A stretch of DNA of 64,000 nt from Mustelus asterias (GCF_964213995.1 NC_135821.1:77562001-77626000), one strand, 5' to 3'; shown: positions 52,276 through 63,599, numbered from the stretch's first letter. Program-made: numbers and translations. The notes: generated by a model not told the origin, from the letters alone.

Positions 52276-55234
52276 GTGACAAGCATGAGAAGGGAGGTGG
52301 TCAACACAGTGCAAGGAGATGGTCTGGGGAAGAATAACCAGTCTGTGACAGGAAGGGACGGAGCATGCAAACAAAGGAATGCACGTAGCATTCGAAACAA
52401 AGTGAATGAATTGACGGCACAAATCAGTGCAAATGGGTATGATCTAGTGGCCATTACAGAAACGTGGTTGCAGGGTGACCAGGACTGGGAACTAAATATC
52501 CAGGGGTATCAGACAATTCGGAAGGATAGACAGAAAGGAAAAGGAAGTGGGGTAGCTCTGTTAATTAAGGATATCAGGGCGGTAGTGAGAGATGATATAG
52601 GCTCTAAGGAGCAAAATGTGGAATCAATGTGGGTGGAGATAAGAAATAGTAACGGGAAAAAGTCACTGGCGAGCGTAGTCTATAGGCCCCCAAATAATAA
52701 CTTCAAGGTGGGGCGGGCTATAAACAAACAAATAACAGATGCATGTAAAAATGAAACAGCAATAATCATGGGGGATTTTAACCTCTATATTGATTGGTCA
52801 ACTCAAGTCGGACGCGGTGGACTTGAGGAAGTTCTTAGAATGCTGTTGCGATAGTTTCCTCGAACAGCATGTTCCAGAACCTACGAGGGAGCAAGCTATC
52901 TTGGATCTGGTCCTGTGTAATGAGACAGGTAAAATTAATAATCTCCTTGAGAGGGATCCTCTTGGAATGAGTGATCACAATATGGTTCAATTTCTAATAC
53001 AGATGGAGGGTGAGAAAGTAGGGTCCCAAACCAGTGTCCTCTGCTTGAACAAGGGGGATTACAATAGGATGAGGGCGGAGTTGGCTAATGTAGACTGGGA
53101 ACACAGACTAATTGGTGGAACAGTTGAGGAACAGTGGAGGATTTTTAAGGAGATTTTTCTCAGTACTCAGCAAAAATATATTCCAGTGAAAAAGGAGGAA
53201 TGTAAGAAAAGGGATAACCAGCCATGGATAACTAAGGAAATAAAGGAGAGTATCAAATTAAAGACCAATGCATACAGAGAGGCCAAAATTAGTGGGGAAC
53301 TAGAAGATTGGGAAGGCTTTAAAAAACAATAAAGAACTACTAAGAAAGCAATAAAGGAAAGATAGATTATGAAAGTAAACTAGCACAAAATATAAAAACT
53401 GATAGTAAAAGTTTTTACAAATATATAAAACGGAAAAGAGTGGCTAAAGTAAATGTTGGTCCCTTAGATGATGAGAAGGGGGATTTAATAATAGGAAACG
53501 AGGAAATGGCCGAGGCCTTAAACAAGCTTTTTGTGTCAGTCTTCACAGTGGAGGACACAAATAGCATACCAATAATTGACGGTCATGGGACTGTCGGGGG
53601 TGAGGACCTTAAAACGATCACTATTACTAAAGAGGTAGTGCTGGGTAGGCTAATGGGACTAAAGGTAGACAAGTCCCCTGGTCCAGATGGAATGCATCCC
53701 AGGGTACTAAAAGAAACGGCAGAAGCAATAACAAATGCATTAGTTGTAATTTATCAAAATTCACTGGACTCTGGGGAGGTCACAGTAAGAAGTTTAACAA
53801 CACCAGGTTAAAGTCCAACAGGTTTATTTGGTAGCAAAAGCCACACTGGGGAGGTGCCAGCTGATTGGAAAACAGCTAATGTAACACCACTGTTTAAAAA
53901 AGGAGGTAGACAAAAGGCAGGTAACTACAGGCCGGTTAGCTTAACATCCGTAGTTGGAAAAATGCTGGAATCTATCATTAAGGAAGAAATAGCAGGACAC
54001 CTGGAAAAGAATGGTTCAATCAAGCAGACGCAGCATGGATTCATGAAGGGATAGTCGTGTTTGACTAATTTACTGGAATTTTTTGAGGATATAACGAATG
54101 CGGTTGACAGAGGGGAACCGATGGATGTGGTGTATTTAGATTTCCAGAAGTCATTCGATAAGGTGCCTCACAAAAGGTTGCTGCATAAGACAAAGGTACA
54201 CCGAGTTGGGGGTAAAGTGTTAGCGTGGATTGATGATTGGCTATCTAACAGAAAGCAGAGAGTTGGAATAAATGGGTGCTTTTCCGGTTGGCAATCAGTG
54301 ACTAGTGGCATGCCGCAGGAATCAGTGCTGGGGCCTCAACTATTTACCATATACATAGACGATCTGGAGGAGGGAGCCGAGTGTAGGGTAAAAAAGTTTA
54401 CGGATGGCACAAAGATGAGTGGGAAAGCAAATTGCGTGGAGGACACAGAGTCTGCAGAGAGATTTGGATAGGCTAAGTGAGTGGGAAAGGATCTGGCAGA
54501 TGGAGTGTAACGTTGGTAAGTGTGAGGTTATCCACTTTGGAAGGAATAATAATAAAATGGACTATTATTTAAATGGTGAAAAATTACAACATGCTACTGT
54601 GCAGAGGGACCTGGGGATCCTTGTGCATGAATCGCAAAAACTCAGTTTGCAGGTGCAGCAGGTAATCAAGAAGGCAAATGGACTGTTGGCCTTTATCGAG
54701 AGAGGGATGGAGTATAAAAGCAGGGAGGTTATGCTGCAACTGTACAGGGTACTGGTGAGGCCGCACCTGGAATACTGTGTACAATTTTGGTCCCCTTATT
54801 TAAGAAAGGATATATTAGCTTTGGAGGGGGTACAGAGAAGGTTCACCAGGTTGATTCCGGAGATGAGGGGATTTGCTTATGAGGAGAGATTGAGTAGACT
54901 GGGCCTGTACTCATTGGAGTTTAGAAGGTTGAGGGGAGATCTTATAGAGACATATAAGATAATGAAGGGGCTCGACAGGGTAGAAGCAGCAAGGTTATTT
55001 CCACTTACAATGGAAACAAGAACTAGGGGGCATAGCCTCAAAATACGGGGGAGTCAATTGAGAACAGAGTTGAGGAGGAACTTCTTCTCCCAGAGGGTAG
55101 TGAATCTTTGGAATTCTCTGCCCAATGAAGCAGTAGAGGCTACCTCGTTAAATGTGTTTAAGTCACAGATAGATAGATTTTTAACCATTAAGGGAATTAA
55201 GGGTTATGGGGAGTGGGCGGGTAAGTGGAACTGA
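52276..55234 (+). pseudogene. CR1 ORF2 (APE endonuclease plus RT), disrupted by frameshifts, stops and a 65-bp PLE insert
   Basis: NARS, AITETWL, YRPP, GDFN, LDLVL, SDH; KSPGPDG, NYRPVSL, DFQKSFD, FTDG (mutated FADD). Confidence 0.92.
53781..53845 (-). mobile_element. 65-bp young PLE-tail insertion with a 10-bp TSD
   Basis: TSD ctggggaggt at 53771-53780 and 53846-53855. Confidence 0.92.
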
Positions 55235-55775
55235 ACCCACACTCAGATCAGCCACGGTCTATTTGAATGGCGGAGCAGGCTTGAGGGGCTAGATGGCCTA
55301 CTCCTGCTCCTATTTCTTATGTCCTTATGCCGTATGCCTTCTTGACTACCTTCTCCACCTGCATTTCCACTTTCAGTGACCTGTGTACCTGTACACCCAG
55401 ATCCCTCTGCCTATCAATACTCTTAAGGGTTCTGCCATTTACTGTATATTTCCTATCTGCATTAGACCTTCCAAAATGCATTACCTCACATTTGTCCGGA
55501 TTAAAACTCCATCTGCCATCTCTCCGCCCAAGTCTCCAACTGATCTATATCCTGCTGTATCCTCTGATGGTCCTCATCGCTATCCGCAAATCCACCAACC
55601 TTTGTGTCGTCCGCAAACTTGCTAATCAATCCAGTTACATTTTCCTCCAAATCATTTATATATATATTACAAACAGCAAAGGTCCCAGCACTGATCCCTG
55701 AGGAACACCACTTGTCACAGCCCTCCATTCAGAAACACACCCTTCCACTGCTACCTTCTGTCTTCTTTGACCAAG

Positions 55776-55944
55776 ATGTGGAGATGCTGGCATTGGCCTG
55801 GGGTAAACACAGTAAGAAGTTTAACAACACCAGGTTAAAGTCCAACAGATTTATTTGGTAGCAAAAGCCACCTTTTGCTACCAAAGTGGCTTTTGCTACC
55901 AAATAAACCTGTTGGACTTTAACCTGGTGTTGTTAAACTTCTTA
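55776..55944. mobile_element. Young PLE-terminus fold-back insertion with a 13-14-bp TSD
   Basis: TSD cttctttgaccaa(g) at 55762-55775 and 55945-55958; arms invert at gccac/gtggc with a duplicated cttttgctaccaaa filler. Confidence 0.92.
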
Positions 55945-56694
55945 CTTCTTTGACCAAGCCAGTTTTCTATCCACCTTGCTAGCTCACCTCTGATCCCATG
56001 CAACTTCATCTTCTGCACCAGTCTGCCACGATGCCACTTCCTATCAGAAGTGGCATCAAGCAAGGATGTGTGTGTTTGCACCCACTCTTTTCTCCAATTT
56101 CCAAGTGGTCATCCCCAACATGTTAATCCAAAAAGGATCAGGTCTATGTTTTAAGGAATTCTTTCCTTTTATTTCCTACCCCATAGAGTTTGCACCCTGA
56201 ATTCGCACCTCCCTCTATCACAGCTGTCAGTCATAAATCATTCTGCATATTATAAACATTGTAAAAAGGTAAATAATGCCTATTTTGGTAATAATTCCAC
56301 ATATTTAAACATATGGTCTAAAATATGCTTTAAAAATGGCTTTAACTTTCACTTGTGCAACATCGTGATTGCAAAGATTTTTGTAGGAAACATAAGATTT
56401 TGTTGCTATATACATCATGGCCTGTCACTCAATTGGGGTGGCATGATATGGATGCAAGTTGAACGCAGTCACTAGTATATCTCTACTGACTGTACGTCCA
56501 CATCATGCTCCAGTGATTAACAGTTCTCAGCACTAATATCGCCACAAATCTTGGATAACTACAGAAACAAGGAGAATGTTACACCTCTTTGTTTACTGTT
56601 AAATGTTATTAAATTATTTAATTTTTATTTGTTCGAACTGCGAGAAATGGTATTTCCTAACTCCGTCAAAGCTGCCTCTGGGTCAGCAATGTGA

Positions 56695-56761
56695 TGATGT
56701 GGAGATGCCGGCGTTGGACTGGGGTAAACACAGTAAGAAGTTTAACAACACCAGGTTATGA
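56695..56761 (-). mobile_element. 67-bp young PLE-tail insertion in unique DNA, 11-bp TSD
   Basis: TSD cagcaatgtga at 56684-56694 and 56762-56772. Confidence 0.92.
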
Positions 56762-56877
56762 CAGCAATGTGAGCCAATGGAACAATTAGTTTATCATCTG
56801 TGTGTCTGGCTGTACTTGGAAAATGTATTTAGGCAGTGGGTAATCAATCTATTTTCATCTGTAGTGACAATGAAGAG

Positions 56878-57243
56878 GGTACAGTTGCATAGTGGTTACG
56901 TTAGTGGACTAGAAATCCAGAGGGCTGGATTGAAGGCTTGGAGATCCACTAGAATTAATTTAAATTTGGTCACTCCAATAAAAGGAGAAAAATAACTTAT
57001 CAGTAATGATAGCCATGATTCTATCAGATTGTCATAAAAACTCATTTGGTTCACTATTGTCCTTCAGTGAAGGAAATCTGCCATCTTTATCTAGTCTGGC
57101 TTACATGCAACTCCAGGCCCACAGCAATGTATCTTCTGTTTAGCAAGCCAGTCACTTGTTTTTAAAAATGCAGCTCACCACCATCTTCTCAATAAATGCT
57201 GGCCTTGTTTGCACCTACATCCCACGATTGAATTTAAAAAAAG
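56878..57243 (+). mobile_element. Family-B SINE
   Basis: gcatagtggttacgttagtggactagaaatccagag head; ggttcact...gaaggaaatctgcc body; aataaatgctggcc...catcccacgattgaatttaaaaaa tail. Confidence 0.8.
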
Positions 57244-57427
57244 GAACGAGTGGGTAGATGGGTCACACTGCACATCTTCATTTCATATTTGATAAACTTA
57301 TCTTTTAAAAAAATATCAGTCAGAGGAACATTTTTTGTAACATCTGGATAAAAGCATTTGTATTGCATATTTGAGGATAACATTTTCCAATTACAAACTT
57401 CACCAAAAGAAACCGTGACTAAATTTG

Positions 57428-57645
57428 GAGTCCAAAGATGTGCAGGTTAGGTGGACTGCCACGTTAAATTGCCTCTTGGTGTCCAAAATTGTGTGTAGGT
57501 TAGGTGGATTAGCCATGGTAAATGTGCATTATTAAGGGGATAGGTAAGAGTGGGGGAAGTGATGGGCCTGGGTAAGATGCTCTTTCAGAGAGTCGGTGCA
57601 GACTTGATGGGCCGAATGGCCCCGTTCTGCACTGTAGGGATACTG
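57428..57645 (+). mobile_element. V-SINE 3' part
   Basis: gtccaaagatgtgcaggttaggtgga...gacttgatgggccgaatggcc...ctgcactgtaggga. Confidence 0.8.
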
Positions 57646-57805
57646 AACATAACAGCACTGGTACACCATCAGAACCAAAGACTCTGCTTTGCAACTGGTG
57701 CTAACAAAGGGAGGTAATCGTATGGGGTCGAGTATCTGACCCATCCTGCTCATCTACAAGATGGTCATGGAACAGTCAGAAAGTTGCTGCGCACAAGGGT
57801 CAGTT

Positions 57806-58210
57806 AGAGATAGGAGCAGGAGTAGACCATATGGCTTATCGAGCTTCCGCCACCATTCAGTACAAACGTAACTGACCTTGGGCTTCAATTCCATTTTCCT
57901 GCCCTCTCCCCATATCCCATAATTCCCTGAGACACAAAAAATCTGTCTATCCCAGTTCTAAATATATTCCACGATGGAGCATCCATAACTCTCTGGGGTA
58001 GTGAATTCCAAAGATTCACAGCCCTTTGACTGAAGGAATTTCTCCTCATCTCAGCCCGCGATCCTCGGCCCCTTATCTTGATATTGTGCCCCATGTTTTA
58101 GATTCCCAACCAGTGGAAACAATCTCAGTGTCCACCCTATCAAGCCCCTTCAGAATTTCGCAGGTTTCAATTAGATCAGTTATCATTCTTCCCAACTCCA
58201 GAGAATACAA
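57806..58210 (-). mobile_element. CR1 3' end fragment
   Basis: GHNIKIRG...RNSFSQRAVNLWNSLP. Confidence 0.85.
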
Positions 58211-58582
58211 AATATATTTAAAACACAAGAATATTTATAATAAAGCATTTATAAAGAATATTTGTAATAAAAAATATTTTAAAATAGCACAGTTACACAT
58301 TGTCTTAAAAAAATCCTGACTTTATCCTTTCACATCTAGTGATAGACTTCCCTGTATACAGAATGACACTGCAATCATGGTTTCTTTGAAATGAATGTGG
58401 TCTATTTGTTTTTGTTTGTTGCTGTTTAGTCAGCACCCAACCCCCACCCATCATAATTCCTTGACATGGCACATGATCAGCAGGAATTTATTGTATGCAG
58501 AAAGAAGTGGGTAGGTTACAAAATAATATAAGAAATAGGAGAAGTAGGCCATTCAGTCCTTCGAGTTTGATCTACCATTTAA

Positions 58583-58916
58583 GGGGAGGCAGTGGCGCAG
58601 TGGTATTGTCACTGGACTAATAACCCAAAGACCCAGGACAAGATCCAGGAACCTGCGCTCAAATTCCACCATGGCAGATTTCAATAAAAAGTAACTCTAA
58701 TGATAATCATGAAAACCATTGTTGATTATTGTAAAAACCCATCTGGTTCACTAATGTCCTTTAGGGAAGGAAATCTGCCATCCTTAACTGGTCTGGCTAC
58801 ATGTGACTCCAAGTCGACAGCAACTCAAATTCCCTCTGAAATGGAGAGCAGTTAGGGATGGGTAATAAATACTGGCCCAGCCAGTGACACCCACATTCCC
58901 TGAGCAAATAAAAAAA
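58583..58916 (+). mobile_element. Family-B SINE, full length, inserted in a minus-strand CR1 3' end (about 58525-59020)
   Basis: GGGGAGGCAGTGGCGCAGTGGTA head; body and tail as at 2993-3383. Confidence 0.85.
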
Positions 58917-59637
58917 GTTATCATGGCTGACCTTCTGCCTCAACTTCACCTCGCACTATTTCCTTTAATATCCCAAAACATCTATCGAAAATATCCCTAA
59001 TAGTGAATTACTCAGTGACACAGTACTGATCTTGGCATCACTTGCATTTATTTTCTGTTAGCTTCAACTACAATTTGCTGCAAGCTGAATTGTTCTTAAA
59101 ATAACAATCATCCATTTTTCACAATCCTCCCCACGAGGAGACTCTGCATAGCTTCACATCTGTCATAATGCTGCCATAGGCTTCCTGTGCACTACAGGAA
59201 TCAACAACTCATGCAAGTACTTCAAGGGAGAGCAAAGGAACATTGAACTGGGACCAGAAACACTCAATTTCTGCTGCAGCAAAATATTCAGTGTATTCTA
59301 AGTAGCACATGTGTCGCAGTGCACAATAAACCGACACTGAGTGAAACAGCTGTCAGCTTCTTCCCAATATGAGAGCAATGCAGAGAAAGCAAGAATGCTC
59401 TTCTAACTGCCCCTTATGGGGTGTAAGCGAAGAATTCAGTACAAGATCACATCTTGATCCACCAACAACATTAAACCATTTTTTCCTTTCATACAGATAC
59501 TGCATTGCATTCACACTATTTCCTATCTAATGCTGAGCCCACATGTTGCAGACTTTGTCTATTGATTCCAACACCAATACACCAATCTGGCTGGGGGAGG
59601 GGGGGCAGCTTTATTAGAAGATGACAGAAACAAAAAA

Positions 59638-60225
59638 GGGAAAAATATTTATACAGCACATCAGGTTGTCTTAAAGCAGTTTACAACCCTTAAGGTACTG
59701 TTAAGTTAGATATTGGAGACAAAGAAAAGCTATTCCATTAACTGATGGTACAAGGACTAAGTGACACAAATTTAAGGTTTCAGGCAGGAGTTGAGGAACA
59801 TTTCTTCTAACATAGCAATTGGTAATCACCTGGAACTTTCTGCTTGTGTGGGTGGTGAAAGTATAGATGAATGATTTCAGAAGGAAATCAGATGACATTT
59901 GAGGGATGTAAACTTGCAGAGTTACGGGGGGTAAAGTGGGAGAATGGGACTGACTGGATGATTCCACGGACAGCCAGCGTAAACTGGATGGGCTGAATGG
60001 TCTCCTTCCCTGCTGAAACGCTACAACTTTCATTGTAATCACTGCTGTAATGTGGAAAACACAGCAGCCATTTGGCCACAGCTAGCTTCCACCACAGAAA
60101 AATGACAGTGACTAGGTTCCATAGAGGGATAAATATTGACAGGACAATGGGCAGAACTCCCTCCACCCAGGGGGCAGGTGGGGCCAGGGTCTGATGTTTC
60201 ATCTGAAAGACAGCACACATTGAAC
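59638..60225 (-). mobile_element. Deu-domain SINE, interrupted by an old plus-strand CR1 3' end (about 59700-60015)
   Basis: gagggataaatattgacaggacaatgggcagaactcc core; the insert carries cctggaactttctgc and gatgggctgaatggtctcct. Confidence 0.65.
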
Positions 60226-60509
60226 ATCTAAACTAAAAGTATAAAATTCTCAAATTACAAAGTAAATCAACCAGTATCTGAAAGGAAAGATAGGTAGTTT
60301 TACCTCTCATGAACACCCAAACCTTTAAGCTATATTGTTCATTTAGTGCTGGTCAATCTGCTGTACATTTCCAGTACTTATTTTTGAATCTGAGATTGTT
60401 ACCAGTCACACAAGTTAAAATCGCAAAATGGTGGAACTTCAATTTGTATTCAGACTTTTACTGAACTACGTGTTTGCTTAAGTAACAATAGTGATTACAC
60501 TTCAAAAGT

Positions 60510-61100
60510 CAGACAAAAAAAATGTTGTCCAGGTATTGGACATGGGCTGCTTCAGTACCTAAGAAGTTGCAAATACTGAACACTGTACAAGCAAACATCC
60601 CCCTTCTGATGGAAAGGAGGTCATTGAGGACACAGCTAAAGATAACTGGGTCTGGGACATTACCCTGAGGAACTCCGCCAGTAGTATGTTTGGGGTGAGG
60701 TGACTGGTCTCCAACAACCACAAACACCTCCCTTTGTGCTAGGTATGACTTCAAGCAGTCTGGTTTTCTCCCCGACTCCCACCGATTTCAATTTTGCTGG
60801 AGCTCCTTATGCTACGCCCAATCAAATGCTGCCTTGATGTCAAGGGATGTCATTCTCACCTCCGGAATCCAGCTCTTTCCTCCAAGCTTGGACCAAGGTT
60901 ATAATGGCATTGAACCGTGGCAGAATCCAAACAGAATATCAATGAGCAGGTTTATTGCTAAGTAAGTGCTGCTTGATAGCACTATAGATGGCATCATCAG
61001 TTTGCTGATGAAGAGCAGATTGATTTGCCAGTAATTGGCTGAATTGAATTTGTCCTGCTTTTTGTGCACAGGACATTCATATTGTTGGGTAGCTTCCATT
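60510..61100 (-). mobile_element. Family-B LINE RT fragment
   Basis: KSYLAQREVFVVVGDQ...GGVPQGNV; ANYWQINLL. Confidence 0.8.
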
Positions 61101-61219
61101 TCTCTTTGCTGTTAGCCACCCATATGCAGGCCTTTAGTGTTGAGTTAAAGATAGCTAGGCTCAAACACTTCCAAGTTAATCTATCTTGCATAACTGCCTT
61201 GGATAACGAGAAATATTGT

Positions 61220-63190
61220 GAGCCTAGTCAAAGAGAAAAAGGAAGCGTCTGTCAAGGCGAGGAGGCTGGGAACACATGAAGCAAATGTGGAATACAAGGA
61301 AAGTAGAAAGAAACTTAAGCAAGGAGTAAGGGCGGCTAAAAGGGGTCAGAAAGTCATTGGCCAGCAGAACTAAGGAAAATCCCAAGGCTTTTTATACATA
61401 AATAAAGAGCAAGAGGGTAGCGAGGGAGTGGGTTGGCCCACTCAAGGGCAAGGGAGGGAATCTATACGTGGAGCCAGAGCAAATGAGCGAGGTATTAAAT
61501 GAGTACTTTGCATCAGCATTCACCAAAGAGGAGGACTTGGTGGATGATAAGTCTGGGAAAGGGTCTGTAGATAGTTTGGGTCATGTTGAGATCAAAAAGG
61601 AAGAGGTATTGGGGTTCTTGAGAAACATTAAGGTAGACAAGTCCCCAGGACCTGATGGGATATACCCCAGAATACTGAGATGGGCAAGGGAGGAAATTGC
61701 TGGGGCCTTGAGGGAAATCTTTGTATCCTCACTGGCTACAGGGGAGGTACCAGAGGACTGGAAAATAGTTAATGCTGTCCCTTTGTTTAAGGGGGTTAGA
61801 AAGGATAATCCAGGTAATTACAGGCTGGTGAGCCTTATGCCAGTGGTAGGGAAATTATTGGAGAGGATTCTTCGAGACAGGATTTACTCCCACTTGGAAA
61901 TAAGTGGACGTATTAGTGAGAGGCATCATGGTTTTGTGAAGGGGAGGTCGTGTCTCATTAACTTGATTGAGTTTTTCGAGGAAGTGACAAAGATGATTGA
62001 TGAGGATAGGGCAGTGGATGTTATCTACATGGACTTCAGTAAGGCCTTTGACAAGATCCCTCATGGCAGACTGGTACAGAAGGTGAAGTCGCACAGAATC
62101 AGAGGTGAGCTGGCAAGATGGATACAAAACTGGCTCCGTTATAGAGAGAGGGTAGCAGAGGAAGCATGCATTTCTGAATGGAGGGCTGTGACAAGTGGTG
62201 TTCCTCAAGGATCAGTGCTGGGACCTTTGCTGTTTGTAATATTTATAAATGATTTGGAGGAAAATGTACGTGGTTTGATTAGTAAGTTTGCAGACGACAC
62301 AAAGGTTGGTGGATTTGCGGATAGCGATGAGGACCATCAGAGGATACAACAGGATATAGATCAGTTGGAGACTTAGGCAGAGAGATGGCAGATGGAGCTT
62401 AATCCAGACAAATGTGAGGTAATGCATTTTGGAAGGTCGAATACAATGGGAAAGATACAGTAAATGGCAGAACCCTTAAGAGTATTGATAGGCAAAGGGA
62501 TCTGGGTGTACAGGTACACAGGTCACAAAGTGACAACGCAGGTGAAGGCGGCAGTCAAGAAGGCACACAGCATGCTTGCCTTCATCAGCGGGGGCATTGA
62601 GTTTAAAAATTGGCAAGTCTTGTAGCAGCTTTATAGAACCTTAGTTAGGCCACACTTGGAATATAGTCTTCAATTCTAGTCGCCACACTACCGGAAGGAT
62701 GTGGAGGCTTTGGAGAGAGTACAGAAAAGATTTACCAGGACGTTGCCTGGTATGGAGGGCGTTAGCTATGAGGAGAGATTGGAGAAACTTGGTTTGTTCT
62801 CACTGGAACGACAGAGGTTGAGGGGCGACCTGATAGAAGTCTACAAGATTATGGAGGGGCATGGACAGAGTGGATAGTCAGAAGCTTTTTCCCAGGGTGG
62901 AAGAATCAATTACCAGGGGGCATAGGTTTAAGGTGCGAGGGGCAAGGTTTAAAGGAGATGTACGAGGCAAGTTCTTTTTAACACAGAGGGTGGCGGGTGC
63001 CCGGAACTCGCTGCCGGGGAGCTAGTGGAAGCAGATACGATAGTGACTTTTAAGAGGCGTCTTGACAAATACATGAATAGGAATAGAGGGGTATGGTCCC
63101 CAGAAAGGTAGGCGGTTTTAGTTCAATCGGGCAGCATGGTCGGTGCAGGCTTGGAGGGCCTGTTCCTGTGCTGTAATGTTTTTGGTTTTT
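61220..63190 (+). mobile_element. CR1 subfamily A2, 5'-truncated; RT frame open 61468-62376, then stops and frameshifts
   Basis: [37 protein letters not shown]; 3' UTR gggcctgttcctgtgctgtaatgtt. Confidence 0.92.
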
Positions 63191-63251
63191 TTTATAAATG
63201 TAGGGTGGCAATTTATATGGAAGCCCTCTGGGTAATGGAAATCTAGAACTA

Positions 63252-63596
63252 GGCGGCACGGTAGCACAGTGGTTAGCACTGCTGCTTCACAGCTCCAGGG
63301 TCCCAGGTTCGATTCCCGGCTCGGGTCACTGTCTGTGTGGAGTTTGCACATTCTCCTCGTGTCTGCATGGGTTTCCTCCGGGTGCTCCGGTTTCCTCCCA
63401 CAGTCCAAAGATGTGCGGGTTAGGTTGATTGGCCAGGTTAAAAAAAAATTGCCCCTTAGAGTCCTGGGATGCGTAGGTTAGAGGGATTAGTGGGTAAAAT
63501 ATGTGGGGGTAGGGCCTGGGTGGGATTGTGGTCGGTGCAGACTCGATGGGCCGAATGGCCTCCTTCTGCACTGTAGGGTTTCTATGATTTCTATGA
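63252..63596 (+). mobile_element. HE1-type V-SINE, full length, young
   Basis: A box TAGCACAGTGG, B box GGTTCGATTCC, V core gtctgtgtggagtttgcacattctcc...gggtttcctccgggtgctccggtttcctcccacagtccaaag, CR1-like tail ending (tttctatga)2. Confidence 0.93.
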
Positions 63597-63599
63597 ACT

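Larger units (their letters stand above)
50735..55326 (+). mobile_element. Full-length CR1 LINE (subfamily A1): 5' UTR, ORF1, ORF2, 3' UTR
   Basis: Short duplication atgcc at 50730-50734 and 55327-55331; CpG-rich 5' UTR; tail tttcttatgtccttatg. Confidence 0.93.
50091..56030 (-). mobile_element. CR1 subfamily A2 host copy (50091-50734 plus 55327-56030), split by a full-length A1 copy and a PLE insert
   Basis: aaggcaagcatgcc and gtatgccttc are contiguous in the paralog at 46011-46035; tail (aacaaag)n. Confidence 0.9.

Noticed and set aside
27760-55958. Shared PLE positions explained by amplification of a CR1 that already carried the insert
   Set aside because: The inserts differ in size, structure and orientation; the hosts at hotspot A belong to different subfamilies; each TSD duplicates host-specific variants; empty homologous sites exist in the window
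63252-63325. tRNA gene (also the heads at about 3310-3383, 11300-11375, 28370-28447 and 31074-31150)
   Set aside because: A and B boxes run directly into SINE or LINE bodies; these are tRNA-derived heads
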